Shown: piece by piece, positions 8,486-16,384 of the stretch
Position numbering within the stretch: the stretch's first letter is position 1
How the letters are laid out: each line of letters begins with the position of its first letter
IMG/VR virus record: IMGVR_UViG_3300045988_151198
Length of the DNA: 64,000 nucleotides
Direction: 5' to 3' (one strand)
From: a virus
Program-made: the position numbers and the translations under genes
Notes under the pieces: model-generated
Databases searched by the model: none
The model's input: the letters and a program-made list of their open reading frames with translations, nothing else
Told to the model about the DNA's origin: nothing

Positions 8486-8499
8486 CTATTTCAGTAAAA

Positions 8500-8569
8500 G
8501 GTGTTGTTGGCTACATGGGAAAAGCTACGCTTTCGAGCGTTACTGTAGGTTCGACTCCTATGGGCACCA
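8500..8569 (+). tRNA. tRNA-like element with canonical T-arm (GGTTCGACTCC) and 3' ACCA, but a 6-nt anticodon loop in every fold tried and an imperfect acceptor stem
   Basis: T-stem GTAGG/CCTAT; the acceptor GGTGTTG/GGGCACC pairs 6 of 7 using two G-U wobbles; the anticodon arm ACGC-TTTCGA-GCGT gives a 6-nt loop. Confidence 0.35.
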
Positions 8570-8658
8570 TCAAAAAGATAGACTCGTATTTCAATTGATG
8601 TAAGGTAAGTCTGTAACCAAGAAAATGCTGGCTTAAATCATATCGAGTCTATCATTAT

Positions 8659-8735
8659 GCGACCGTAACTCAATTGGCAAGAGTAGCCGACTTTTAATTG
8701 GCAAGTTATGGGTTCAAGCCCCATCGGTCGCACCA
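8659..8735 (+). tRNA. tRNA-Lys (anticodon TTT)
   Basis: Hand-folded cloverleaf: acceptor GCGACCG/CGGTCGC, D-stem ACTC/GAGT, anticodon stem GCCGA/TTGGC with loop CTTTTAA, T-arm ATGGG-TTCAAGC-CCCAT, discriminator A, encoded CCA. Confidence 0.7.
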
Positions 8736-8761
8736 TAAATCTGTAAAAAGGAGATTCATAG

Positions 8762-9028
8762 ATGGACACGACCACTGATTTCTTTGAAAGAATGTTTTCT
8801 TGTGAAGGTTGGGATCAGCTTGACACTTTCGACTTTGTGTTTTATGATTGCACTTTGAACAGGGATATTGGAGATTTTAAGGAAGGAGACAAGATTGACG
8901 CTATTACTGTCCTTTTTAGTGTCAGCAAGATCGAATTTGCGACGTTCATTGAGAACAAGGATGGTATGGATGAAGAAAAAATCATTTATTCCGCAACGCT
9001 TGTGCCCTTTATGGTCGAACGACCTTAA
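8762..9028 (+). CDS. hypothetical protein (88 aa) embedded between the two tRNA clusters
   Basis: ORF with RBS AAAGGAGATTCATAG-ATG. Confidence 0.45.
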   Translation: MDTTTDFFERMFSCEGWDQLDTFDFVFYDCTLNRDIGDFKEGDKIDAITVLFSVSKIEFATFIENKDGMDEEKIIYSATLVPFMVERP

Positions 9029-9046
9029 AAACTATTAAAAAAGTTC

Positions 9047-9075
9047 TTGACATTCTGATTTAAGTTTAGTATAAG
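9047..9075 (+). promoter_or_regulatory. promoter TTGACA-N17-TATAAG driving the second tRNA cluster
   Basis: TTGACA at 9047..9052 and TATAAG at 9070..9075. Confidence 0.6.
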
Positions 9076-9113
9076 GTTTCCATCAATTCATTCATACGTT
9101 TGCTCCTCGAATC

Positions 9114-9147
9114 GGGAGACGCAATTTCCTCCTTTATTGCGTCTCCC
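9114..9147 (+). other. perfect 12-bp stem-loop (GGGAGACGCAAT / ATTGCGTCTCCC) in the leader of the second tRNA cluster; no immediate U-run, so read as an RNA structural or processing element rather than a terminator
   Basis: Exact inverted repeat with a 10-nt loop, just downstream of the 9047 promoter. Confidence 0.45.
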
Positions 9148-9262
9148 ACAACAAAAATTTTTAACAGAAGAATCGGCTTATAATCGGGAAGTTATATAGA
9201 ATTTTATAGTACCGTGGGGCACACGGGAACTGAGAGTAATCTCTACGCTTGTCGACATCAGG

Positions 9263-9339
9263 TAATGATGGTTGAAGCAAGAATCCCATACATTTATACA
9301 TGGGGAGTGCCAAAGGTTCGAGTCCTATCGACTCTACCA
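9263..9339 (+). tRNA. tRNA-like element (T-arm GGTTCGAGTCC, 3' ACCA); the 5' acceptor strand could not be paired by hand
   Basis: T-loop TTCGAGT, discriminator A and CCA at 9337..9339; no complementary 5' acceptor was found within 70 to 110 nt upstream. Confidence 0.3.
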
Positions 9340-9343
9340 TCAT

Positions 9344-9422
9344 GCTCTCGTGGTGCAACTGGCAGACACATCGGTTTTAAGCACCGTACAAGTGATGGGT
9401 TCGACTCCCTCCGAGAGTACCA
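9344..9422 (+). tRNA. tRNA with anticodon TAA (would read Leu UUA/UUG), but it lacks the long variable arm expected of a Leu tRNA, and the T-stem has mismatches
   Basis: Acceptor GCTCTCG/CGAGAGT (first pair G-U), anticodon stem CGGT/ACCG with loop TTTAAGC, T-loop TTCGACT, CCA at 9420..9422. Confidence 0.5.
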
Positions 9423-9432
9423 AAAAAAATAT

Positions 9433-9508
9433 TGTGGGATAGTTCAGTTTGGTAGAACACTTGACGTTAATCAAGGTGTTGGCGGTTCAATCCCGTCTCC
9501 CACAGCCA
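9433..9508 (+). tRNA. tRNA with good acceptor, D and T arms, but the anticodon loop folds as 6 nt (CGTTAA) or 8 nt (ACGTTAAT); anticodon identity unresolved (GTT or TTA/TAA)
   Basis: Acceptor TGTGGGA/TCCCACA, D-stem GTTC/GAAC, T-arm GGCGG-TTCAATC-CCGTC, anticodon stem CTTGA/TCAAG, CCA at 9506..9508. Confidence 0.5.
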
Positions 9509-9523
9509 GAAGAATTAAAAACG

Positions 9524-9613
9524 GGACAGGTGCCAGAGTCAGGCTTATTGGGGCGGTCTTGAAAACCGTTGGCGCAGGAGCGTCCGTGGGTTCGAATCCT
9601 ACCTTGTCCGCCA
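9524..9613 (+). tRNA. tRNA-Ser (anticodon TGA), type II with a long variable arm
   Basis: Acceptor GGACAGG/CTTGTCC, anticodon stem GCGGT/ACCGT with loop CTTGAAA, variable arm GGCGC-AGGA-GCGTC, T-arm GTGGG-TTCGAAT-CCTAC, CCA at 9611..9613. Confidence 0.7.
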
Positions 9614-10164
9614 AATTTATCGATATTTATACGGGATACGAAGTAGAGCAGACAAGTGCGTTGAAAAACTGACGGATATGTCGAAAGACATAGACTAATA
9701 GTAGCTGCGACGCAATAGACCTTCTATGACGATAGATAGAACTAGCATATCAAACTCGTGGTTACGATGCTTCGTTACTTGCAAGACCCTATTAAATATC
9801 GATAATATTTCGATGGATTGAGTTGATCTACGTATCTCCCTGTATGGATCGAGAACGCAAGATCCTCTTCATCGATAAAAGCCAAACGTGATCTTGAAAG
9901 GAACGATTCGACCTCCTTGCGTAGCCTATCGAGGTCCGTTTGGCCCCACAAATCTCCGGGTGTAGTTTAAGAGCTTAGTCAGGATCTAGATGAGAAAACC
10001 GCATACTAGTAGGCACTCATTGAAAGAAGTGATATTGATTCTGACGGGCCACAGTTAAAACCTCTGCGCGAAGTAAACAGCTTCGAAGAAAATGCGAATG
10101 CTTGATCAGCATTTTAGGTGCAATTCCCGCCACTCGGACACAATTAAAAAAAAGGAATGGTGTA

Positions 10165-10383
10165 ATGGAAAAGTTTAAATCCTCAGCAATTTATTTTATT
10201 GATTCTATGTTTGCGCTCTGGGTTATTTGTAGTGCGCTCAGATGGGACTGGATAAATCTATTAGATCCGAACGAAGTTATGTATCTTATCTCGTTTATTG
10301 GCATAAGCGCGTTTATGACGGCTAGAAACGCCAATAAGGACAAAAAAAAGACTCCGCACCGAAATCTCTGTAAATCTAAATGA
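10165..10383 (+). CDS. small two-TM membrane protein (hypothetical)
   Basis: ATG at 10165 with RBS AAAAAGGAATGGTGTA; two hydrophobic segments; the track ORF 10102..10383 has no RBS at its first Met. Confidence 0.4.
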   Translation: MEKFKSSAIYFIDSMFALWVICSALRWDWINLLDPNEVMYLISFIGISAFMTARNANKDKKKTPHRNLCKSK

Positions 10384-10482
10384 AAAATAATAAATTTCGT
10401 GGTTCCATAAGTCATTCCCCGTAATCTTTACAGATGGATAAAGGTACTGCGAATACCTCCATCGCAATAAAAACCACGAAAG

Positions 10483-10526
10483 CGAAGGCCCCTAAAACAA
10501 TTCAATATGTTTTAGGGGCCTTCTTT
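10483..10526. terminator. bidirectional rho-independent terminator (15-bp stem AAGGCCCCTAAAACA / TGTTTTAGGGGCCTT, with T/A runs on both sides)
   Basis: Sits between the convergent ORFs ending at 10383 (+) and 10529 (-). Confidence 0.7.
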
Positions 10527-10528
10527 TA

Positions 10529-10840
10529 TCACTTATATACGTTAATGAACCATGTAACAAATACCGTGAATGCTGCGGATAGAATACCTAATGCACCTTT
10601 CCAGATCGAAATTTGTCTATCATGTCGTTTAAGAGTTTCTTTCATTTCCGTGATGTTGTCAATGTCGATTTTGTCGAGCTTTTTACGCATTTCTTCAATC
10701 AACATGCTTTGATTTCCAGTCCGTTCATCAATACGATGGGCAAGTGTAAGAATATGCCGTATCGTTTCCTCATTCGTCATATTGTGGCAAGCTAGGCACC
10801 CGAGATTAGGTGTTGCCGAGTGCTGCGTATTTTCCGCCAT
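10529..10840 (-). CDS. lysis-cassette protein with a C-terminal TM anchor (spanin- or holin-like; hypothetical)
   Basis: 103 aa; C-terminal hydrophobic stretch ALGILSAAFTVFVTWFI; immediately downstream of the holin-like and endolysin genes. Confidence 0.4.
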   Translation of the reverse strand: MAENTQHSATPNLGCLACHNMTNEETIRHILTLAHRIDERTGNQSMLIEEMRKKLDKIDIDNITEMKETLKRHDRQISIWKGALGILSAAFTVFVTWFINVYK

Positions 10841-10847
10841 GATCTTC

Positions 10848-11423
10848 CTACTTTTTTGAGGTGCTTCCTATTGGGGAGGAATGATACAAAAGTCTATTCT
10901 GCGAATTTGACGAATTGGAAGACCCGAAGTAATATTCCATTACTTGTTTCGAGCTAGAATAGATATTCGATACCACACCGCCAATCAGAGCGACAAGGAA
11001 CTCGGGCACTTTTATATCTGAGAGAGTTCCATTCATATATAAGGCCATAGCATAAAATATCGCGGCAGAAACGGCAAGGTTGCCAATCACGTTTATAATG
11101 GCAAGAAGTTTCGGCGTCGAAGAATCATCGGCATCTATTTCGCGTTGACGGGCATCTTTTCTATCATCGGCAGAAATACGAACAAGGTCAACTTCCAACT
11201 CAGCTAATTTTGCTTTAAAGTCGGAATCGACCTTTTTTAATTCTGCCAGTTGCTCGAAAGAAGCCTTCTGCACACATTGGGCTACTTGCTTTTCGTCGGC
11301 GTCCGAGGAAAGCCCAAAAGCCGCTGCTAATGACGATACTGCAACTCCAGCCAGAGGGCCACCAAGAGCGGTAGCGATTGTTGGAGCAACGGTTCCAACG
11401 ACACTCTTCCAATCAAAATCCAT
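10848..11423 (-). CDS. holin-like membrane protein (resembles the 3-TM, Gly-zipper holin type)
   Basis: Gly/Ala-rich N-terminal TM (GGPLAGVAVSSLAAAFGL), a central coiled region and C-terminal TMs; adjacent to the endolysin. Confidence 0.45.
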   Translation of the reverse strand: MDFDWKSVVGTVAPTIATALGGPLAGVAVSSLAAAFGLSSDADEKQVAQCVQKASFEQLAELKKVDSDFKAKLAELEVDLVRISADDRKDARQREIDADDSSTPKLLAIINVIGNLAVSAAIFYAMALYMNGTLSDIKVPEFLVALIGGVVSNIYSSSKQVMEYYFGSSNSSNSQNRLLYHSSPIGSTSKK

Positions 11424-11466
11424 AGTTTTTCCTTCATCCTTCCCTCTCCTATGAATTTTTTACCTA

Positions 11467-11856
11467 TTAAAACTCAATCTGATAATGCGGCTGGTCAACG
11501 ATAGTCTTCCAATTTCCGCCCCACGTGAGATTCACGCCAAGTTCTTCCGCGCATTCCATCATGGCCTTATTAATCATCAACCACTTTTCCTTGTCGGGTT
11601 CGACCTGTACAGACCCGTTGTAATAAGGATACAGGTCGACAGCGTGCCCATACCCGTCCGATTGTTTCAGATGATAGGACTTCAAGGTCTTTGAGAACCC
11701 ATCCTTCTTCAACTGAACCTGCCTTTCATACGTGCGGAGCCCTTCAACTACCGTGAAATCGACTTCGCTTTTCTGCAAAGCTGCTTCAACAACAGCGCGA
11801 AGCTTCGGATGCACACCTTCAAGATTATTCAATGAACGCTTAGAAAATTTACGCAT
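11467..11856 (-). CDS. endolysin, peptidase M15 family (L-alanyl-D-glutamate / D-Ala-D-Ala zinc peptidase)
   Basis: Motifs SYHLKQSDGYGHAVDL (S-x-H...H-x-x-D zinc ligands) and WGGNW, typical of M15 phage endolysins. Confidence 0.75.
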   Translation of the reverse strand: MRKFSKRSLNNLEGVHPKLRAVVEAALQKSEVDFTVVEGLRTYERQVQLKKDGFSKTLKSYHLKQSDGYGHAVDLYPYYNGSVQVEPDKEKWLMINKAMMECAEELGVNLTWGGNWKTIVDQPHYQIEF

Positions 11857-11898
11857 ACATTTTCTCCTGTTTATTTTTTAGGAAGTAGCGTAAATCAA

Positions 11899-11915
11899 TT
11901 TTACAATTTTGTCAA
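11899..11915. promoter_or_regulatory. 17-bp motif TTTTACAATTTTGTCAA (copy 1 of 2; the second is at 40595..40611)
   Basis: Exact 17-mer shared between the lysis-cassette upstream region and the portal upstream region. Confidence 0.5.
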
Positions 11916-11936
11916 GTACCCATTCAAATAATTTTA

Positions 11937-11995
11937 CAATTATGATAATAAAAAGGGCATCCATAGTTTAGACACCCTTTTTATTATCATAATTG
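11937..11995. terminator. 21-bp perfect hairpin (CAATTATGATAATAAAAAGGG / CCCTTTTTATTATCATAATTG) downstream of the leftward antirepressor gene
   Basis: Exact inverted repeat with a 17-nt loop, AT-rich flanks. Confidence 0.55.
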
Positions 11996-12007
11996 TAGCC
12001 TATATGT

Positions 12008-12682
12008 TTACGCAAAAACGCTTTTAATCAGTTGTACACCTTCATCCGTGACTCCAATTTGATTATGAACTCCATCCGTCGAGTAAATCTTGAAGTATTT
12101 CTCGCCAGCCTTATTTACCTCGCAAAGGCGCTGATGAATATATCCTTTAGATTTCGCCCAATTCGTAATGAGCCCACGCTTCAATCCGAGCGATTTATTG
12201 ATATCCGTGAGTGAAAAGCATCCTTTCTTGTCAATCCGGACTTCCGCGATTTGTACCAACGGTTTCTGGTATTCTACAGTTTCAAGAGCTTTTTGTTTGG
12301 CCTTTTCTGACTCTACCAAAGCTTCCAAGGCTTCAATATATGTCTGAGGAAGCGCTGCGACTCCATATCCTCCCGTCTTGCGGATGGAAGGAAGAATGTC
12401 ATGAGTAACCCAACGCTTGAACGCCTTGGCTTCGGGCTTACGAGAGCGGAGAACAAGAGAGTACAATCCTGATTCAGAAACGATAATTGGCTTTCTTCCC
12501 GAACCCGAATACTCTTCGTGTTCGATTTTTTCATCTTCATCAAGACCCAAAAGAGCCTTATTAGTATCGGAAAGTCCCAAACAATCGCATACATCCTTTG
12601 CTGTAAACCACGGATCTCCGTTCCTATCAACTACACGAACCTTACCAAACTCAGGATTCTCAAAAATCTTCAATTTATCCAT
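12008..12682 (-). CDS. phage antirepressor, Bro-N / KilA-C domain protein
   Basis: N-terminal Bro-N signature (FENPEFGKVRVVDRNGDPWFTAKDVCDCLGL) and a C-terminal KilAC-like region. Confidence 0.7.
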   Translation of the reverse strand: MDKLKIFENPEFGKVRVVDRNGDPWFTAKDVCDCLGLSDTNKALLGLDEDEKIEHEEYSGSGRKPIIVSESGLYSLVLRSRKPEAKAFKRWVTHDILPSIRKTGGYGVAALPQTYIEALEALVESEKAKQKALETVEYQKPLVQIAEVRIDKKGCFSLTDINKSLGLKRGLITNWAKSKGYIHQRLCEVNKAGEKYFKIYSTDGVHNQIGVTDEGVQLIKSVFA

Positions 12683-12703
12683 AACAATTCCTCTCTTTTA
12701 ATG

Positions 12704-12765
12704 GTTAAAAAAATGCCCGACGACCGGGTAGCACAGAGACACTAAGTCTCTCCGGAAGTCGGGCA
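12704..12765 (-). terminator. compound hairpin (TGCCCGAC...GTCGGGCA with nested CCGG and GAGAC/GTCTC pairs) followed on the minus strand by T7
   Basis: Direct reading; lies downstream of the leftward ORF that ends at 12851. Confidence 0.55.
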
Positions 12766-12850
12766 AATATTAATTTTTTATTGAAAGATTACTTGTGCTA
12801 CCAAGATGAAAACAATATACACACTGAAATTACGTTTGTCAATATAAAAA

Positions 12851-13264
12851 TTAATAATGTGGTTGAAAATCTTTTTGTGCAATCATCAGAATAAATGCGG
12901 AAGCATAATAGAGCTTTTCCTGAATTTCTGGAGTCATATAATCTGGATTATCCAATTCTTTCATCATTCTATCAGCTTCATACAAAATATTATATACTTC
13001 TCCAATTGCAAAAATATTTCCCTTATCATATGCATACTTATCTTCAATTTTATGCATATCTTTTACTATTTTGTCTAAAATTTCAATTCCATCATCATAA
13101 TCGTCTTTAGAAGAAATACTTCTCAAAGTTTCCCAAGGCATACTACTTATCCCCCTTTTGTTCATCAAGAAGAAGAACGGTTGCGGCTGTATAGATGATA
13201 ATATCAAGAAGCTCATTTCTGGCACGTTCAAAATCGCCTTTGCGAACCATATCATGAGCCTCAT
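12851..13264 (-). CDS. hypothetical protein in a low-GC patch (the true start is probably an internal Met, since the track ORF overlaps the next gene)
   Basis: ORF in an AT-rich region at about 12700..13150; no recognisable motif. Confidence 0.35.
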   Translation of the reverse strand: MRLMIWFAKAILNVPEMSFLILSSIQPQPFFFLMNKRGISSMPWETLRSISSKDDYDDGIEILDKIVKDMHKIEDKYAYDKGNIFAIGEVYNILYEADRMMKELDNPDYMTPEIQEKLYYASAFILMIAQKDFQPHY

Positions 13265-13640
13265 ATGCCTTCTTATGGACTTGATAGAGCGGACCGCCGA
13301 TGCCTACTCTACGAGAGATTTCCATGAGGGGTTGGTCCATAAAGTCTACAGTGCCTTCTATATTATGACGCTCCTTCCCTTTTCCAGAGAAGCATCGCAA
13401 CATAGCCTGACCGATAACCTCGCCGACCTTTCTTTCCCCATTGGTGATTTCTCGGCCGCCTTTTACTTTATATTCATTAGTAGTCTCATTTTCTAAAGAA
13501 CGCATAGCTTCTCCTCTATATCTATTTTTAACAAATTCACTATAAAAGCCGTCACGAAATATTTTCAATACATCTTGATCAGACATTCCATCCGGAATAG
13601 TAATTCCTTTATAACAGTTCTTAGGTAATTCTTCTATCAT
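13143..13640 (-). CDS. possible MazG-like nucleotide pyrophosphohydrolase (weak)
   Basis: All-alpha protein whose C-terminal ELLDIIIYTAATVLLLD resembles the MazG/HisE dimerisation helix; the call is weak. Confidence 0.35.
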   Translation of the reverse strand: MIEELPKNCYKGITIPDGMSDQDVLKIFRDGFYSEFVKNRYRGEAMRSLENETTNEYKVKGGREITNGERKVGEVIGQAMLRCFSGKGKERHNIEGTVDFMDQPLMEISRRVGIGGPLYQVHKKAYEAHDMVRKGDFERARNELLDIIIYTAATVLLLDEQKGDK

Positions 13641-13649
13641 AACTTTCCA

Positions 13650-14210
13650 TCAAGCTCTTGTTGGTTCAGGAATAGGACCAGCAAACTCTATGCCCGGAAG
13701 AAGGTCATCGACACATAGGGGCATTGTATCACTACTAAAATACATAATATGAGATTCCGGGAAGAGGCTGCTCCTCATCCAATAAAATCCGGGAACATTA
13801 GGAATTTCATTTGTCCACGTCAAAGTATTGGAATGATCTTCGGCTGCGGTCTTTCTTTTTGGGTCAGTAGCTTCGTATGCCTCTTGAAGTACTGTCTTTG
13901 ACTCTCTTATCCTCCAAGTATTAGTACCATTTGTTTCTACACTTGATTTTTCGGATAAATATTTCACCATCTCGATCAGCCTTGGCACGGCGTTGCACGC
14001 GGCGACGATGTAAGCGGCGTCATTCAAATTTCCAAACACGTGGGGCAAGACAATATATGCTATATGCTCAGGGACTTCTTTTCCTCCATAATACCGTTCG
14101 ATACGATGATGGTATGTTTCATTAGTTCCTTGCTCGCTTTTAGTCCACGGACCGGGAGTCGCTTCTTTCGCAAAATATTCCAATTCTTCAAGCCATTCTT
14201 GCGCATTCAT
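13650..14210 (-). CDS. Ead/Ea22-like phage protein (hypothetical)
   Basis: N-terminal EATPGPW motif shared with lambdoid Ead/Ea22-like proteins. Confidence 0.4.
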   Translation of the reverse strand: MNAQEWLEELEYFAKEATPGPWTKSEQGTNETYHHRIERYYGGKEVPEHIAYIVLPHVFGNLNDAAYIVAACNAVPRLIEMVKYLSEKSSVETNGTNTWRIRESKTVLQEAYEATDPKRKTAAEDHSNTLTWTNEIPNVPGFYWMRSSLFPESHIMYFSSDTMPLCVDDLLPGIEFAGPIPEPTRA

Positions 14211-14421
14211 TCCTCTTCTCCAGCTTACTGTTCAATACTTCCTCCCAATCTTGCGGAGTTGTTGTGTAACACCATCTCCTGTCAGATCCCCAAGGACAAA
14301 CGAAGCCTTCTTCATCAGCAGGGCAAAAGCATTTGTTTTCATAGTAATCTCTACACATATATGCCCTCGCAATCGCTTCTTTTGAGCACCTCATGAAGTA
14401 CTCAAAAATTTCATTACTCAT
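14188..14421 (-). CDS. small Cys-rich protein (hypothetical)
   Basis: 77 aa with CFCP...CPWG; RBS AAGGAGGATAGATA. Confidence 0.35.
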   Translation of the reverse strand: MSNEIFEYFMRCSKEAIARAYMCRDYYENKCFCPADEEGFVCPWGSDRRWCYTTTPQDWEEVLNSKLEKRNECARMA

Positions 14422-14841
14422 TATCTATCCTCCTTTTTCTACAGTCCTAATTTTGCTTTGAGCTTCATATACATGGCAAGATCTTCCTTTCTCTCAGATT
14501 CTTGGCACCAAAGACCCCACGCCTTCTAGTCGTTCAATCTTCTCAAATAATACAAAAGAGGATTAACAAATTCCTCGGGGCTGCAATCAAGTTCGTATCT
14601 TTCCAGATATTCACCATACGCTACGACACGAACTACTTGTTTTCCCTTATATTCTACGAGCTCAACGCTACCATCGTCTAAGTAAGTACTTAATCAATTC
14701 CAACTTTTTGCTACGTGCTTCGTTTTCTGCGGACACAATAGCTAATGCAAGATTCTTAATCTTTTCCTCGATTTCATAGTGTTGACGAAACAGATTGATT
14801 GCTTCTTCGCAAGATATTCTGGTCATATGTACCTCCTTTTT

Positions 14842-15213
14842 CTACAGTCCTAATTTTGCTTTGAGCTTCTCATACATAGCCAAGTCCGCCTTATACGTAT
14901 ATTCGCGTTTACGATTCTTCTTTTCTTCCTTTATGCGGTCATAATAAAGATAAGGATTAGAAAGTTCTGCCGTCGAGCACTCAATGTAAGCTATACAATC
15001 ATGGTAGGATTCTTGTGTGTGCAATAAGACGTTCAAACTACTTCCATTAGATTTCAATTCAACAGGGAACCCGTCCCAAAAACTTAATTGTTGTTTATCG
15101 TCAGGACATATTTCATTATGCAATCGGATAAGATCCTCCGCACGTCTCTCAAGTTCCGACTTCGCTGACTCGCCAAGTCTGATATTATGAAAAAGCAGTT
15201 CCACCTCGTTCAT
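14842..15213 (-). CDS. hypothetical protein (123 aa)
   Basis: ORF with RBS GGAGGTAC. Confidence 0.4.
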   Translation of the reverse strand: MNEVELLFHNIRLGESAKSELERRAEDLIRLHNEICPDDKQQLSFWDGFPVELKSNGSSLNVLLHTQESYHDCIAYIECSTAELSNPYLYYDRIKEEKKNRKREYTYKADLAMYEKLKAKLGL

Positions 15214-15851
15214 GATTCTTCCTCCATTTTTTGTTCGACCGCAATTCTTGCATGTTTAAGGCGACATTGCACGCATTTATATCTTAATTTGCCCACCTCT
15301 GTACAACCCTCACCGATTATTTCACATGGCAGCGAATCCAGTTCACCAGCTTTTGCAAGCCAAATAGCTGCCCTAGCCTCAAATTCGGCTACATCTTGGC
15401 TAAATCCCGATAAAGTATACCGTTTTGGATTCATAGGATAATTTTGACCAACGCATTGTGCATAATAACAGAAGCTATAAATACACTCGGTCTTTTTATC
15501 CCTTCCACACCTAAAACACACGTCTTTTCGGTTTTCCAACCACTGTTTTTCGCTATCTTTAAGTTGAAATCTATAGCTTTCTTTGTTGTATAGGTCTTTA
15601 ATCGGAAATTTAGCGTCCCAATCAGCTTCGGCGGCTTCCTTGGTTTTGAAAAGATCCGACTTTTTATTACAGAAAACGCTATTGCAAGTCACATGCCACA
15701 TTTCATATGGGCCTACAAAAGAGTCAATTAGTACCTTCTTGGCAGTAGCGTCATTAGCACAGTGCGGACATTTTCTTGTGTTCATATGCACCTCATTTTC
15801 ACTACACACTCGTAAGCCTGTACTTTTCATACAGGACGAAGGCTTCCCCAC
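15210..15851 (-). CDS. tandem zinc-ribbon protein with two Lar-like (restriction alleviation) repeats
   Basis: CPHCAN...CNSVFCNKK...EAAEADWDAKF and CFRCGRD...ARAAIWLAKA resemble the Lar-family pattern CPFCG...C..C...eAi.aWN. Confidence 0.4.
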   Translation of the reverse strand: MGKPSSCMKSTGLRVCSENEVHMNTRKCPHCANDATAKKVLIDSFVGPYEMWHVTCNSVFCNKKSDLFKTKEAAEADWDAKFPIKDLYNKESYRFQLKDSEKQWLENRKDVCFRCGRDKKTECIYSFCYYAQCVGQNYPMNPKRYTLSGFSQDVAEFEARAAIWLAKAGELDSLPCEIIGEGCTEVGKLRYKCVQCRLKHARIAVEQKMEEES

Positions 15852-16035
15852 GATGGCCCGGAAGTCGCTCCGCTGTATCCGGAAATTTAAGCCTCAAAAT
15901 AACTTTGCGTCCCGTCTGTTTTGAAAAACGTTCCGCCGAGGGCAAGCTCTCCCATGCCCGTACAGGAGGGAGAATGCCTCCGGAAGCTCTATACCGATTA
16001 AGTTTCTTCGCCGTGGTTACATGCCATACGATCAT
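15802..16035 (-). CDS. hypothetical protein (77 aa)
   Basis: ORF only; overlaps the previous gene by 50 nt. Confidence 0.25.
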   Translation of the reverse strand: MIVWHVTTAKKLNRYRASGGILPPVRAWESLPSAERFSKQTGRKVILRLKFPDTAERLPGHRGEAFVLYEKYRLTSV

Positions 16036-16384
16036 TTATTTACCTCCTTTCGATGTTTCTCCAATAAACGCAGAATACCCGGATATTCGTAGAGTGTCAA
16101 CAACTTTTTTACGAAAAAAAATACTTGTTTCTGACTCTAGGGAATATCCCCGAAGGAATATTCCAGAAGGAATATCCGGGTATCCATTCCGAATGTGCTC
16201 CAACGTAGGTATGCCGTACGTGAATGGAACCAAATGAAAGGAGGGATTATGGGTGATACGGAGGCTAGGAGGGTGTTTTTAAGGCTTGAAATGTGTTTCG
16301 TGAGTATTTGGTCGTGTAGGAGATGAATGTGGCCTTAAAAACGATTTGTGTAGGAACTTTTAGAATTTCATAGGCTTACATTTA

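Noticed and set aside
9114-9147. Rho-independent terminator call for the 12-bp hairpin
   Set aside because: No U-run follows on either strand, and it lies about 35 nt downstream of a strong promoter. It is kept only as a structural or processing element.
8500-9339. tmRNA (ssrA) as an explanation for the tRNA-like elements whose 5' halves do not fold
   Set aside because: No tag-peptide reading frame ending in ...AA-stop, and no GGGG 5' acceptor, were found within 400 nt. The elements are the size of ordinary tRNAs.
9214-9672. 152-aa ORF on the plus strand
   Set aside because: It runs straight through four tRNA genes and has no RBS. It is an artefact of the stop-poor tRNA sequence.
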